64,000 nt of DNA, taken from the IMG/VR virus record IMGVR_UViG_3300017728_002360, one strand, 5' to 3'. The DNA comes from a virus. The notes under the pieces are model-generated. The model worked only from the letters and a program-made list of their open reading frames with translations. It made no database searches and was not told the DNA's origin. The number at the start of each line of letters is the position of its first letter. The stretch's first letter is position 1. The position numbers were made by a program, and so were the translations under genes. Below, piece by piece: positions 27,481 to 37,189 of the stretch.

Positions 27481-29040
27481 CTATCCTTTAAACTCCTTCT
27501 TGAACACATCTGGCGTAGTTGGGTTTGGTAGTGGATTAGTTACTGTAGTAATAGAATCCCTATCCGTAAGCACTATTTTAAATGCCAATGGGTTTAAGTT
27601 TTCATGGTGTGTCCATGGTTCTTCCTGTGGTGAACGTTGTGAAAGAATGCCTTCGATTGTGTGACCAGGTACGCGATGTACAGACAGAGCGGACGCGGTA
27701 GCGGCCGTAGCCGCCTGCGGTCCATTCATATGGATTTCGGAAGCGGTTTCTATATGGTTTCCTGAGCTGAGTATTTCTGTTGTTGAACCTGCTGTAAGTT
27801 TGTTACTAAAGCCACTATTAATATCAAGGTCCATTTCTGTTGTGATCTTTGTGCTACCACCTACAAGTATGTTTGTGTCCTTGTCTGATTCTACCTGTAC
27901 CCTGCCTACAGAAAGTTTTTCACCCTTGTAATCACCTGATGCTTTTAGGCTTAGATTAGCACCTGCTTCTATTGTGACGTTTCTGTCTGCTGTAAGGTTA
28001 AAGTCGTTTTTTGTGTGCATACTGATTGAGTCTTCAGCAAATATATCAATCTTACCATCTGAAGTTAATTCAAGCCAAGCTGTACCTCTGCTGTTACCTA
28101 TGTAGATTAAATCTTCCGTGTTGTGTAATAATATTTGATGTCCTGTACGTGTACGCAGTCTTACTAATTCGTTGTGTAATAGGTCTGACTTACCGTCGGT
28201 CTCTCCAAGGTTTACGTTTGCATATTCTGGTGCTCCGTCACCTGCAGATTTTTTTCTTAGGTACTTGTCATTACCGTCGTCAAATACCAAACTGGTTCCG
28301 CCGAGTCTTGCCTTAAATACCGTTGTAAAGTCTTCCTTTGATCCTATCTTTGCTTTAGGCGATCCTATACTCTTGTCAATGGGTCCTGGTGTGCTTATTC
28401 CAAATACCGCACTAGGTACTTCACGTCTTGCACTTGAACTTGTTATACCACGTGTTTCGTCGTCCAACAATCCTTGTGCCATAAGGCTATCAGTAAATTC
28501 TTTCTGATATGGCTTTTTAAATTTTGTAGGATCCTGGTGTACCGCTGTTTCAATTTTTTTATTGTATTCACCCGTTGGTAATTTCTTACCTTTTAAATAA
28601 CTAGGCGTTCCGTCCGTTGTATATGTGGTTGCGGCGTTGCCAGGTACTGCAAAGTTTTGATACTGGTCATTTACACAACCTATCCAGTAACACATATTTG
28701 GATTACCTTCTGCAAATATAACAAGTACCTTTGTTCCTACGTCTGGTGGAACAAACCACATACCGTAACTCTGTTGTGATTCCTTGTAGCTGTCATTCTT
28801 TGTGTTTGCAAACGCAGGTGTGTTACCTGCAAACGGTGAAAGATATTTTGCAGTATAAAGTTCGCCATCTGCAAACGCTTCGTTTGATGCTGTGTTTGTT
28901 TTTAATAAGTTTACAGTAAGGGCACCATGATATGTTGGATCCAAGTTATTGATAACGATAGCCTCATACGGGCCTGGCTCCATGGTTACTATTTCATGCT
29001 TACTAGTTCTGTCTATGTTTTGATTTCTTTGTACTGCCAT
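27481..29040 (-). CDS. gp5: baseplate hub/central spike (gp5/VgrG-like, no lysozyme domain evident)
   Basis: OB-fold motif YGMWFVPPDVGTKVLVIFAEG...CYWIG, then RLRTRTGHQILLHN and beta-helix-like repeats. Confidence 0.75.
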   Translation of the reverse strand: MAVQRNQNIDRTSKHEIVTMEPGPYEAIVINNLDPTYHGALTVNLLKTNTASNEAFADGELYTAKYLSPFAGNTPAFANTKNDSYKESQQSYGMWFVPPDVGTKVLVIFAEGNPNMCYWIGCVNDQYQNFAVPGNAATTYTTDGTPSYLKGKKLPTGEYNKKIETAVHQDPTKFKKPYQKEFTDSLMAQGLLDDETRGITSSSARREVPSAVFGISTPGPIDKSIGSPKAKIGSKEDFTTVFKARLGGTSLVFDDGNDKYLRKKSAGDGAPEYANVNLGETDGKSDLLHNELVRLRTRTGHQILLHNTEDLIYIGNSRGTAWLELTSDGKIDIFAEDSISMHTKNDFNLTADRNVTIEAGANLSLKASGDYKGEKLSVGRVQVESDKDTNILVGGSTKITTEMDLDINSGFSNKLTAGSTTEILSSGNHIETASEIHMNGPQAATAATASALSVHRVPGHTIEGILSQRSPQEEPWTHHENLNPLAFKIVLTDRDSITTVTNPLPNPTTPDVFKKEFKG

Positions 29041-29042
29041 GT

Positions 29043-31424
29043 CTATCCTGGTCCGTTAGGTTTTGCTTGTTCAACTTCTAAGTTTGCTGTTTTTGATTCT
29101 GGTGCATCTTCTGTTACACTTTGATTTGGCATACGTAACATCTCTAGCGTCTGACTGAATTGTCCTTGGCTAAATTCACTTGTTACTCTTGTTATTCTGT
29201 AAAGTCCACTAAACGTATCAACTTTTTCAACAAAGCCTTTTCCGTCCAACAAAGAATTATTATCCATCGATCCGTTTCTAACACGACGCTGGTCAAGTTC
29301 GTCTGGATAATCAAAAGGTGTTCTGAAGTTTAATAAAATAAAAACCTGTTGTCTTATGTAATCCATCTGTGGTGGTTTTTGATCTGTGTCAAACATTATT
29401 GGTCCTGCATCAGCTTGATAGTTTCCTATACCGCTGTCGCTTAGGTACCAAGGATCCCCCATTATTTGTAAGTTACACTTGACCAAGTCAACGTTACTGT
29501 TGATCAGTGCATTATGGAATTCTCTTGCTATCTTATCTTTCTCGTCTCCACCAACTGCACTCATACCTGAAACAATTGGTTGTACATCTGACGCACCAAC
29601 CTGTTTTACAGGAAACTTATGATCGGTGTAACTGGAACTTCCATTACCTTCAACAAGTTTCTTACCGTCTTCTGTTTTGTCTCTTGACGATTCTCCTGCA
29701 AAGTTGTGTTCTGCTACAGCACCTTTGTCTTTAGGTACTGGTGTAAAAAATCTATAGTCGTACTTGATATCAAAATTTATGATATCTTTGTTTTTACCTG
29801 TATAGATATAATTGTATTCTTTTCTTACTTCACGTATCATTTCCTTTACACCTGGTGGATTATCACTAGGCTTCATCCATAAACTTGCATGAACCTTGTA
29901 AGGTATAATCTTGAAAAGATAAATCTTAGGCATACGTGCTTTTTTTTCTTGCACTTGTTTTACAGGAACACTAAACACCATGTGTTGTATCGTAAACCAT
30001 TCTCTAAAACCCTTGTCATCTGGTTCTTTATCTAATAGTTCTTTACCAAAGGAACTTCCAACAACTAATTCCTCAATTATGTTATTAACCTTGGTTCCCT
30101 TTGTAAATTTAAATGCTCTTAGGTTAGGTGGTATTGAAATATTACCTTGTTCATAAACATTTTTTTCTTTGTCATAACTTGCGTAATAGTTTGCTGGTCT
30201 TACTCCACCCTTGTCTAGCTTATCTTCAAGTAGCTTACCTTTTCCTATTTCGTTCATGGTTTCAATTTCTACACTTTGGGCCTTGAGTGCATCTGAGGTC
30301 TTAGATCTCTTAACACTAAATCCCGTAACATTCTTAAACCATTCCTCATAGTTGACATCTTGCTTACCGCCTGTGTCACCGTATCTTGTTCTGTATTCCT
30401 CTTGAGGATCATACGTTGCAGATTCGCCACTATCGTTCTGTTCCGATTGTGAGTTACTACTTGCAAGATTTTCTGCCTTAGGAAATACAATAATGTATTC
30501 ATCAGCAAACGCCTGTGTTTCAGTGGGTTCTCTTTCAAGTAATGTTGAATTCATTACCCTTGTTAAACTTTGGCTTCCGCTTTGTAATGCTTGTTCAACT
30601 GTGCCGCCGATAACTGTTATATCAGTTTGTAGTCTTTGTACTGAATCTCTATTTGCCATTCCACTAGTTGCAATAGCTTCACACTCATACTTTGTTCCAC
30701 CTGCATCAACTGTCATGTTAGCCCCTGACATTTGAATTGGAAAGAATCTTCTTGCTACTCTTTTTGTTTGTCCATCATCTGTGTGTCCTATAAAGTCACA
30801 CATCAAACACATAGGAGCATCAATGTAACTGTTATATCCAGATGTTTGTGCCGCGATTTGTAATGCTTCTAAAAACATTCCCATACTGTAAGGTTCTGTT
30901 ACTTCAAATCTAAATTGATGTACTGGGGGCATTCTACTTGGACCACCTTGACCTAGTACACTTTCTATTACTACATTGTCAATATAGTATTCAACCCTGG
31001 CTCCTAAATTCTCTTCTTGTGCAGTTGTTACTCTGCGACCTTTTATATTTTGATTACCACCAGCACCGCTGATAATATTAATCACAGGTTCGCTTTTCAT
31101 GTAGGTATCGTCTGGAAATTGCATTTCGTTTGGACTTAAACAATACATACTCCAAACTTGGTTGTGTGTAATAAACTGATCTAAGATGTTTTCTTTTATA
31201 TTAGAAGTTGTTGTGTATACAATTTTTGTAGGTTCTTTTTTGACAGGGACTTTAGCGGCATCCTGATAGCTCCCTCCGTCTATACCTTCTTCTCTATTAG
31301 TTGCTTTGCCGTCTAAAACTTCTTTTTCGTCTTTAGGGTCTACTTTATCTGGTCCTTTGGAAAAGTCTTCAGTGTAGTCTGCACCTGAATTTACAATTGA
31401 TTGATCTTCTTTAGAAAGAGCCAT
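29043..31424 (-). CDS. baseplate hub protein (gp27/late control D-like)
   Basis: Lies between the gp53-like and gp5-like genes; C-terminal LQIMGDPWYL...FSGLYRITRVTSEFSQGQFSQTLEM is typical of hub proteins. Confidence 0.6.
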   Translation of the reverse strand: MALSKEDQSIVNSGADYTEDFSKGPDKVDPKDEKEVLDGKATNREEGIDGGSYQDAAKVPVKKEPTKIVYTTTSNIKENILDQFITHNQVWSMYCLSPNEMQFPDDTYMKSEPVINIISGAGGNQNIKGRRVTTAQEENLGARVEYYIDNVVIESVLGQGGPSRMPPVHQFRFEVTEPYSMGMFLEALQIAAQTSGYNSYIDAPMCLMCDFIGHTDDGQTKRVARRFFPIQMSGANMTVDAGGTKYECEAIATSGMANRDSVQRLQTDITVIGGTVEQALQSGSQSLTRVMNSTLLEREPTETQAFADEYIIVFPKAENLASSNSQSEQNDSGESATYDPQEEYRTRYGDTGGKQDVNYEEWFKNVTGFSVKRSKTSDALKAQSVEIETMNEIGKGKLLEDKLDKGGVRPANYYASYDKEKNVYEQGNISIPPNLRAFKFTKGTKVNNIIEELVVGSSFGKELLDKEPDDKGFREWFTIQHMVFSVPVKQVQEKKARMPKIYLFKIIPYKVHASLWMKPSDNPPGVKEMIREVRKEYNYIYTGKNKDIINFDIKYDYRFFTPVPKDKGAVAEHNFAGESSRDKTEDGKKLVEGNGSSSYTDHKFPVKQVGASDVQPIVSGMSAVGGDEKDKIAREFHNALINSNVDLVKCNLQIMGDPWYLSDSGIGNYQADAGPIMFDTDQKPPQMDYIRQQVFILLNFRTPFDYPDELDQRRVRNGSMDNNSLLDGKGFVEKVDTFSGLYRITRVTSEFSQGQFSQTLEMLRMPNQSVTEDAPESKTANLEVEQAKPNGPG

Positions 31425-31428
31425 ATTA

Positions 31429-31734
31429 TTATTCTCCTCCTAATGCACTTTTTAATGGTCCGCCCTTTGGAATTTTTATTGTTGTTCCGGATTTGAAATC
31501 ATATATGGGATCCTCAATTATGTCCATATTTCTTTGTGCAAAAACCCACCATAGCCTTGCATTATCATAAATGTCGTGTGCTAACAGGTCTGGTCTTTGA
31601 TTGTATTGTGGAGCAATGGTATATTCAACATCATCACTACTTGCAGGTATGGCTCTAATTCTAAAGAAGTCCATATACTCTTTAGTAGCTTTGTTGAGAG
31701 GTGTATTCTTCCAAGGACTAGTTGTGTCTGACAT
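31429..31734 (-). CDS. gp53: baseplate wedge protein (gp53/LysM-like)
   Basis: YNQRPDLLAHDIYDNARLWWVFAQRN...DP..DF..G..I.IP motif. Confidence 0.8.
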   Translation of the reverse strand: MSDTTSPWKNTPLNKATKEYMDFFRIRAIPASSDDVEYTIAPQYNQRPDLLAHDIYDNARLWWVFAQRNMDIIEDPIYDFKSGTTIKIPKGGPLKSALGGE

Positions 31735-32720
31735 TAAATAAATCCTCCGTCGCCAACATATCCACCGTTAACATATTTCTTTAAACTAAATTTAGCAATA
31801 TCACGTCTGCTGTAAACTGGTTGTACTGTAACTGTGATTAAACTTTGTGAAGGTGCCCAGCCTACGAAGTTACGTTTATCTTGTACCGTGCTATTACCTT
31901 GATTAGCAGGGTGTCCTGGACTGTTAGTTTGACCTGCTGTTGATGATCCTGGTAGTCCCATTGCGATATAATCAACGTCTTGTGGTAAGTCGATTGTAAA
32001 CTGTGTAATAACTACAGGTACATCATTAAAAATATGTTCTCCATAACCATTTAGTTTTGCTATTGGAGGTGGTGCACCAAGTGTACTTGCTTCGCCACCA
32101 AAGAACATTTTTGTCATGCTTCTTAAATAATGTAAAGCACCTGCCCAATAACGTGCTTCTGTACCATTCTGTACAAAAAAGTCACCTGTAATAACAAGCT
32201 GATCCACTTGTGAATTCTGATAAGCAAAATACGGATAATTAGTATGTGTAGGCGCAATAGAATTGTAGTTGGCACTATGAGCAACAATAATTGTAGGCGT
32301 ATACGGAAATACCAGTCCACCTGTTTTACGAAGTGGGGCAAGCATTGGGGCTGTATCATATGGAGACACATTGGGAATACTTAACTTAACACGCCAATCT
32401 CTTTCAACACTTTTACCAAATGTTGCATTTGCTGGACGGTTTGCATCACCAATTGATCCACCTGGATTAAGTTCTCCGTCTACTGGTACGTCACCTAAAG
32501 CTGTACGTATTTTTTTGCCAATGTCTGCACCAATATTAGAAAAGTCTAACTCCGGCATTGAGAAATTGCCTTTTGCGGCTCCTGAGTCTACAGGACTAGA
32601 ACCCATGTCACCATGGTTGCTCATGTCGAATCCCATAGCACGTTCGCGGTCGGTCATGCCGTCTGCACGAACTATATGCTCTTTGCCTATTTTACCGTCT
32701 CTAAATGTTGTTCCTGCCAT
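31734..32720 (-). CDS. baseplate-tail tube junction/initiator protein (gp48/gp54-like)
   Basis: GLVFPYTPTI...LHYLRSMTKMFFG...GAPPPIAKLNGYG..IFNDVPVVITQFTIDLP.DVDY; first gene of the baseplate block. Confidence 0.6.
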   Translation of the reverse strand: MAGTTFRDGKIGKEHIVRADGMTDRERAMGFDMSNHGDMGSSPVDSGAAKGNFSMPELDFSNIGADIGKKIRTALGDVPVDGELNPGGSIGDANRPANATFGKSVERDWRVKLSIPNVSPYDTAPMLAPLRKTGGLVFPYTPTIIVAHSANYNSIAPTHTNYPYFAYQNSQVDQLVITGDFFVQNGTEARYWAGALHYLRSMTKMFFGGEASTLGAPPPIAKLNGYGEHIFNDVPVVITQFTIDLPQDVDYIAMGLPGSSTAGQTNSPGHPANQGNSTVQDKRNFVGWAPSQSLITVTVQPVYSRRDIAKFSLKKYVNGGYVGDGGFI

Positions 32721-32746
32721 TTTGGTTAACCTCTACAAGTATTTAG

Positions 32747-32775
32747 TTGACTTTTTTAACTACGTAGTTTATAAT
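32747..32775 (+). promoter_or_regulatory. sigma70-type (early) promoter for gp55
   Basis: TTGACT (32747-52), 17-bp spacer, TATAAT (32770-75). Confidence 0.85.
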
Positions 32776-32807
32776 AATGTATTATTTAAGGTTTGGAGTA
32801 AACAAAT

Positions 32808-33641
32808 ATGAAAAGAGTGAACTATCTTAACAATAGAGATATACTGAAAGAAATACACAGGTCCAAAAACACATTTTGCAGTTACACAGATGACGATTAT
32901 GCACAATATGATATTATTTTACCTAGTGTTGACAAAATTAACATAAGAACTATAGCAGAAGCTAAAAGAAACCAGGCGAAACGGCTTGGTTTGAAGGAAT
33001 ATGAAGCAAGGAAGGAAGCCGGCGAGAAAGTTAAGCAGGCCGAATGTGCTGTAGACTACAAAAAGATTGCTAAAACCAACGTTATATTTAGAGTTATGAC
33101 GTATGATCACGTTCCAGAAGAAAAAGGTAGGAAGAAAAATCCTAAAACGATAGCAGATACCAAGACAAAACTTAATTTTCCACCATTTGTGCATTACAAG
33201 TTTGATGACAAGGATAACCTAGTATTGGTTGGTAAAAGCCATTGGGAAGGCGGAATGGAGAACGGATCATTTAACAAGGCACACGGACAAGCTACAAACA
33301 AGTTGGCTTTGATGTGGATGAAGCTTTGTGAACGTTATGCAACAAGAGGTAACGTTAGAGGTTACACTTATAATGACGAGATGAAAGGTCAAGCAATACT
33401 CCAACTAACACAGATTGGTTTGCAATTCGATGAATCAAAATCTAATAACCCGTTTGCTTATTACACGGCGGCGGTTACTAATTCATTTGTAAGAATTATT
33501 AACATTGAAAAACGTAATCAAAATATTAGAGATGACATACTTGAAATGAATCATATGAATCCTTCCTTTACTAGACAAAATCAGGGTCAGTGGGAAAAAT
33601 CTGTTGAAGCACACAATAAAGAAAGTTCTGATAAGAAATAG
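32808..33641 (+). CDS. gp55: sigma factor for late transcription (T4 gp55-like)
   Basis: NYLNNRDILKEI...YTYNDEM..QAILQL.....FDESKSNNPFAYYT....NSFVRIINIEKRNQ; T4-like gene order gp55-gp47-gp46. Confidence 0.85.
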   Translation: MKRVNYLNNRDILKEIHRSKNTFCSYTDDDYAQYDIILPSVDKINIRTIAEAKRNQAKRLGLKEYEARKEAGEKVKQAECAVDYKKIAKTNVIFRVMTYDHVPEEKGRKKNPKTIADTKTKLNFPPFVHYKFDDKDNLVLVGKSHWEGGMENGSFNKAHGQATNKLALMWMKLCERYATRGNVRGYTYNDEMKGQAILQLTQIGLQFDESKSNNPFAYYTAAVTNSFVRIINIEKRNQNIRDDILEMNHMNPSFTRQNQGQWEKSVEAHNKESSDKK

Positions 33642-33643
33642 TG

Positions 33644-33672
33644 TTGACTTATGCACGTTTTTCGTGTACAAT
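33644..33672 (+). promoter_or_regulatory. sigma70-type promoter for gp47/gp46
   Basis: TTGACT (33644-49), 17-bp spacer, TACAAT (33667-72). Confidence 0.75.
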
Positions 33673-33698
33673 AGTAATATTAACGGTGAGGATTAGGT

Positions 33699-34715
33699 TT
33701 GTTTAAGAAAGTAGCAGTATTTACAGATATCCATTTTGGATTAAAGAGTAACTCTAAGATCCATAATGATGATTGTGAAGAATTCATTGATTGGTATATA
33801 GAGCAGGCGAAAGAAAACGGTTGTGAGACCGGAATCTTTTGTGGTGATTGGCATCATAATAGAAATAGTTTGAACATTACTACAATGGACGCAACTATTA
33901 GAAGCCTTGAGAAACTAGGAAAGGCTTTTGAAAAGTTTTATTTCTTTCCTGGTAACCACGATCTATATTACAAAGACAAAAGAGATATTAATTCAATTGA
34001 CTTCGGTAGACACATACCGGGTATTACAATGGTCAACGAAATGATGACCGAAGGTGATACTACACTTATACCTTGGTTGGTTGGTGATGAATGGAAAAAG
34101 ATTCCTAAGATAAAAAGCAAATACATATTTGGTCACTTTGAACTTCCAAACTTTTATATGAATGCTATGGTACAGATGCCTGACACAGGTGAACTACAAG
34201 CAGATCATTTCAAGAACCAAGACTATGTATTCAGTGGTCACTTCCATAAACGCCAAGTAAAAGGTCCAGTTCATTATATAGGTAATGCTCTTCCTCACAA
34301 TTACGCAGATGCTTGGGATGATGAACGTGGTATGATGATACTTGAAGCTGGTGGTGAACCACAATATATCAACTGGTGGAACTGTCCGAAGTATAGAACA
34401 GTAAAACTTTCAAGATTATTAGATGAGAAAGACACACTTATAAAAAGTAAAATGTATCTACGTGTTACATTGGACTTGCCTATTAGTTATGAAGAAGCAA
34501 ACTTCATTAAAGAAACATTTATGAAGGATTATGACTGTAGAGAAATTAGTCTTATACCTAATACACAAGATGATGAAATAAATTCAGACATTGATATCAC
34601 AAAGTTTGAAAGTGTGGACGAAATTGTCGCAAAAGAGATTGAAGCAATAGACTCAGACAGCTTTGACAAAGCAAAACTACTGAGCATATATAGAGATTTG
34701 AACAAAGATGATTAA
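33699..34715 (+). CDS. gp47: recombination endonuclease subunit (Mre11/SbcD-like)
   Basis: Metallophosphoesterase motifs TDIHFG, GDWHH, GNHD, GHFE and SGHFH; TTG start. Confidence 0.93.
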   Translation: MFKKVAVFTDIHFGLKSNSKIHNDDCEEFIDWYIEQAKENGCETGIFCGDWHHNRNSLNITTMDATIRSLEKLGKAFEKFYFFPGNHDLYYKDKRDINSIDFGRHIPGITMVNEMMTEGDTTLIPWLVGDEWKKIPKIKSKYIFGHFELPNFYMNAMVQMPDTGELQADHFKNQDYVFSGHFHKRQVKGPVHYIGNALPHNYADAWDDERGMMILEAGGEPQYINWWNCPKYRTVKLSRLLDEKDTLIKSKMYLRVTLDLPISYEEANFIKETFMKDYDCREISLIPNTQDDEINSDIDITKFESVDEIVAKEIEAIDSDSFDKAKLLSIYRDLNKDD

Positions 34716-36480
34716 GATAAAAAGCATTACAGTAAAAAACTTTATGAGTGTGGGTAATACTACACAGGCAGTCGACTTTAACAAACAACAACTAACGTTA
34801 GTGCTTGGTGAAAACTTAGATCAAGGAGGTGACGATTCTGGTTCACGTAACGGTACAGGTAAAACTACAATAATTAACGCATTGTCTTATGCTCTGTACG
34901 GCCAAGCACTAACGAACATTAGAAAAGATAACCTAGTTAACAAAACTAATAATAAAGGAATGTTGGTTACACTAACATTTGACAAAGACGGCAAGGAATA
35001 TAAAGTTGAAAGAGGCCGTAAGCCTAACACTATGAAGTTCTTTATTAATAATGAAGAACAAGAGCTTACAGATCAGTCACAAGGTGATAGTCGTAAAACA
35101 CAACAAGACATAAATGAACTGCTAGGTATGAGTCATGATATGTTCAAGCATATTGTGGCACTTAATACTTACACAGAGCCCTTCTTAGCACTGAAAAACA
35201 ATGACCAACGTGCTATTATAGAACAGTTACTTGGTATTACAATACTTTCTGAGAAGGCAGACTTGTTACGAGAACAAACACGTATTACTAGAGATAAACT
35301 TACTGAAGAAAATGCTAGGATATCAGCAGTAACAAGCAGTAATGAAAAGATTAAAGAAAACATTGAACGTTTACACAGCAGACGCAAGGCTTGGATTGCA
35401 CAAAACAAACAAGACTGTGATAAACTTGCAAAAGCAATTAAAGAACTAGAACAACTAGACATCGACAATGAACTAGAAGATCACGAAAAACTAAAAACGT
35501 GGGAAGAAAGCACAAAACATCTTAACAACCTTAAAAAAGAAAAGTCAACAGTTGAACGTGCATTGGAACAAGCTGATAACAATGTAAACAAACTTGGTAA
35601 GGACTTGGATGATCTAGAAAGTGCCAAGTGTTATGCTTGTGGTCAAGAACTACATGATGACAAACTTGAAGAAATGAAAGACAAGTTACAAAAGGATTAT
35701 GGTGATGCCCATGTTTATCAAACTAGCATGGCAGACAAACTACAAAAGGTAGAAAAGCTGATCGAAGAGGTTGGTGACCTTGACTCTAAACCTAATACAT
35801 TCTATGAAACTGCCAAAGAAGCATACCAACACAGAGGTAACGTTGATAGTTTAACAAAGAGCTTACAAGATAAGACAGATGAACTAGATCCATATCAAGA
35901 ACAGATTGATGATTTAGAGAAAACTGCAATACAAGAAGTTAATTGGGATACCGTAAACGATCTTAATAGCACAAAAGACCACATGGACTTCTTATACAAA
36001 CTGTTAACAAACAAAGACAGCTTTATACGTAAGAAGATCATAGACCAGAATTTAGCATACCTAAACAACAGACTTACATACTACTTAGACAAGCTAGGAC
36101 TTCCGCATACAGTGGTGTTTAAGAACGATCTAAGTGTTGAAATAACACAACTAGGACAGGATCTAGACTTTGATAACCTAAGTAGAGGTGAACGTAATAG
36201 ACTTATACTTGGTATGAGTTGGGCATTCCGTGATGTATGGGAAAGTTTATATCAAAACATCAACTTATTGTTTATTGATGAGTTGGTTGATAGCGGTATG
36301 GATGCAAATGGTGTTGAAAACAGTATGAGTGTTCTTAAGAAGATGGGTAGAGAACGTCAGAAGAACATTTACCTTATATCGCACAAGGAAGAACTTGCTG
36401 GTCGTGTAACTAACGTACTAAAAGTTATTAAAGAAAACGGATTTACGTCATATGACAATGATGTTGAAATAATGCAATGA
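34708..36480 (+). CDS. gp46: recombination ATPase subunit (Rad50/SbcC-like)
   Basis: Walker A NGTGKTT, zinc hook CYACG, signature LSRGE, Walker B LLFIDE and ISH. Confidence 0.95.
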   Translation: MIKIKSITVKNFMSVGNTTQAVDFNKQQLTLVLGENLDQGGDDSGSRNGTGKTTIINALSYALYGQALTNIRKDNLVNKTNNKGMLVTLTFDKDGKEYKVERGRKPNTMKFFINNEEQELTDQSQGDSRKTQQDINELLGMSHDMFKHIVALNTYTEPFLALKNNDQRAIIEQLLGITILSEKADLLREQTRITRDKLTEENARISAVTSSNEKIKENIERLHSRRKAWIAQNKQDCDKLAKAIKELEQLDIDNELEDHEKLKTWEESTKHLNNLKKEKSTVERALEQADNNVNKLGKDLDDLESAKCYACGQELHDDKLEEMKDKLQKDYGDAHVYQTSMADKLQKVEKLIEEVGDLDSKPNTFYETAKEAYQHRGNVDSLTKSLQDKTDELDPYQEQIDDLEKTAIQEVNWDTVNDLNSTKDHMDFLYKLLTNKDSFIRKKIIDQNLAYLNNRLTYYLDKLGLPHTVVFKNDLSVEITQLGQDLDFDNLSRGERNRLILGMSWAFRDVWESLYQNINLLFIDELVDSGMDANGVENSMSVLKKMGRERQKNIYLISHKEELAGRVTNVLKVIKENGFTSYDNDVEIMQ

Positions 36481-36689
36481 TCAACGACGATACACACGAT
36501 AAACTAACCAAAGCATATTTGGAATATTACAAGGCCAACGAAGCATGGGAAATACGCAAGAGCGAACGTACCAAAAGATCGGCAAGAAAATGGTTAAGTG
36601 AGATACGTAGACTGTGTAGCGACCGTAGAGTTGAGATCATAGAAGAGTACAAAGCCAAAAAAGAAACGTCTAGCAGTGATACTGAGTAA
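36477..36689 (+). CDS. hypothetical small helical protein
   Basis: 70-aa ORF with ATGA overlap on the gp46 stop. Confidence 0.7.
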   Translation: MINDDTHDKLTKAYLEYYKANEAWEIRKSERTKRSARKWLSEIRRLCSDRRVEIIEEYKAKKETSSSDTE

Positions 36690-36697
36690 GTATCAAT

Positions 36698-37120
36698 ATG
36701 CAATGGACATATAAGGGCAAATCAATAGAAACATTACCAGAGGATTGTGAAGCATTCGTGTATCTAATCACGAACACAACCAACAATAGAAAATACATAG
36801 GTAAGAAACTAGCAAAGTTTAAAAAAACAAGACCACCTCTTAAAGGTAAGAAGAATAAACGTAGAAGTAAAGTTGAAAGTGACTGGAAGGACTATTGGGG
36901 TTCATCAGATCACCTACAACAGGACGTACAACAATTAGGCGAAGACAAGTTTACAAGAGAAATACTATATTACTGTGAATCAAGAGGCATAGCAAGTTAC
37001 TTAGAGGCAAGAGAACAGTTTGAACGTAGGGTATTAGAAACAGATGACTACTACAACGGCATTATAAACGTTAGGGTAGGTGGATCTAAGATACTGCGTG
37101 AAGGCCTAAAAGGCAAATAA
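36698..37120 (+). CDS. minimal GIY-YIG family nuclease
   Basis: AFVYLITNTTNNRKYIGKK...YWGSS...FTREIL......A.YLE.REQ...YYN contains the GIY/YIG, Glu and Asn motifs. There is no C-terminal DNA-binding domain. Confidence 0.8.
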   Translation: MQWTYKGKSIETLPEDCEAFVYLITNTTNNRKYIGKKLAKFKKTRPPLKGKKNKRRSKVESDWKDYWGSSDHLQQDVQQLGEDKFTREILYYCESRGIASYLEAREQFERRVLETDDYYNGIINVRVGGSKILREGLKGK

Positions 37121-37189
37121 GCCACTTTTACAACAACAAAAATTACTGTACACTAATATACTGTGTAGGCAAATTAAATTTCATCTATA

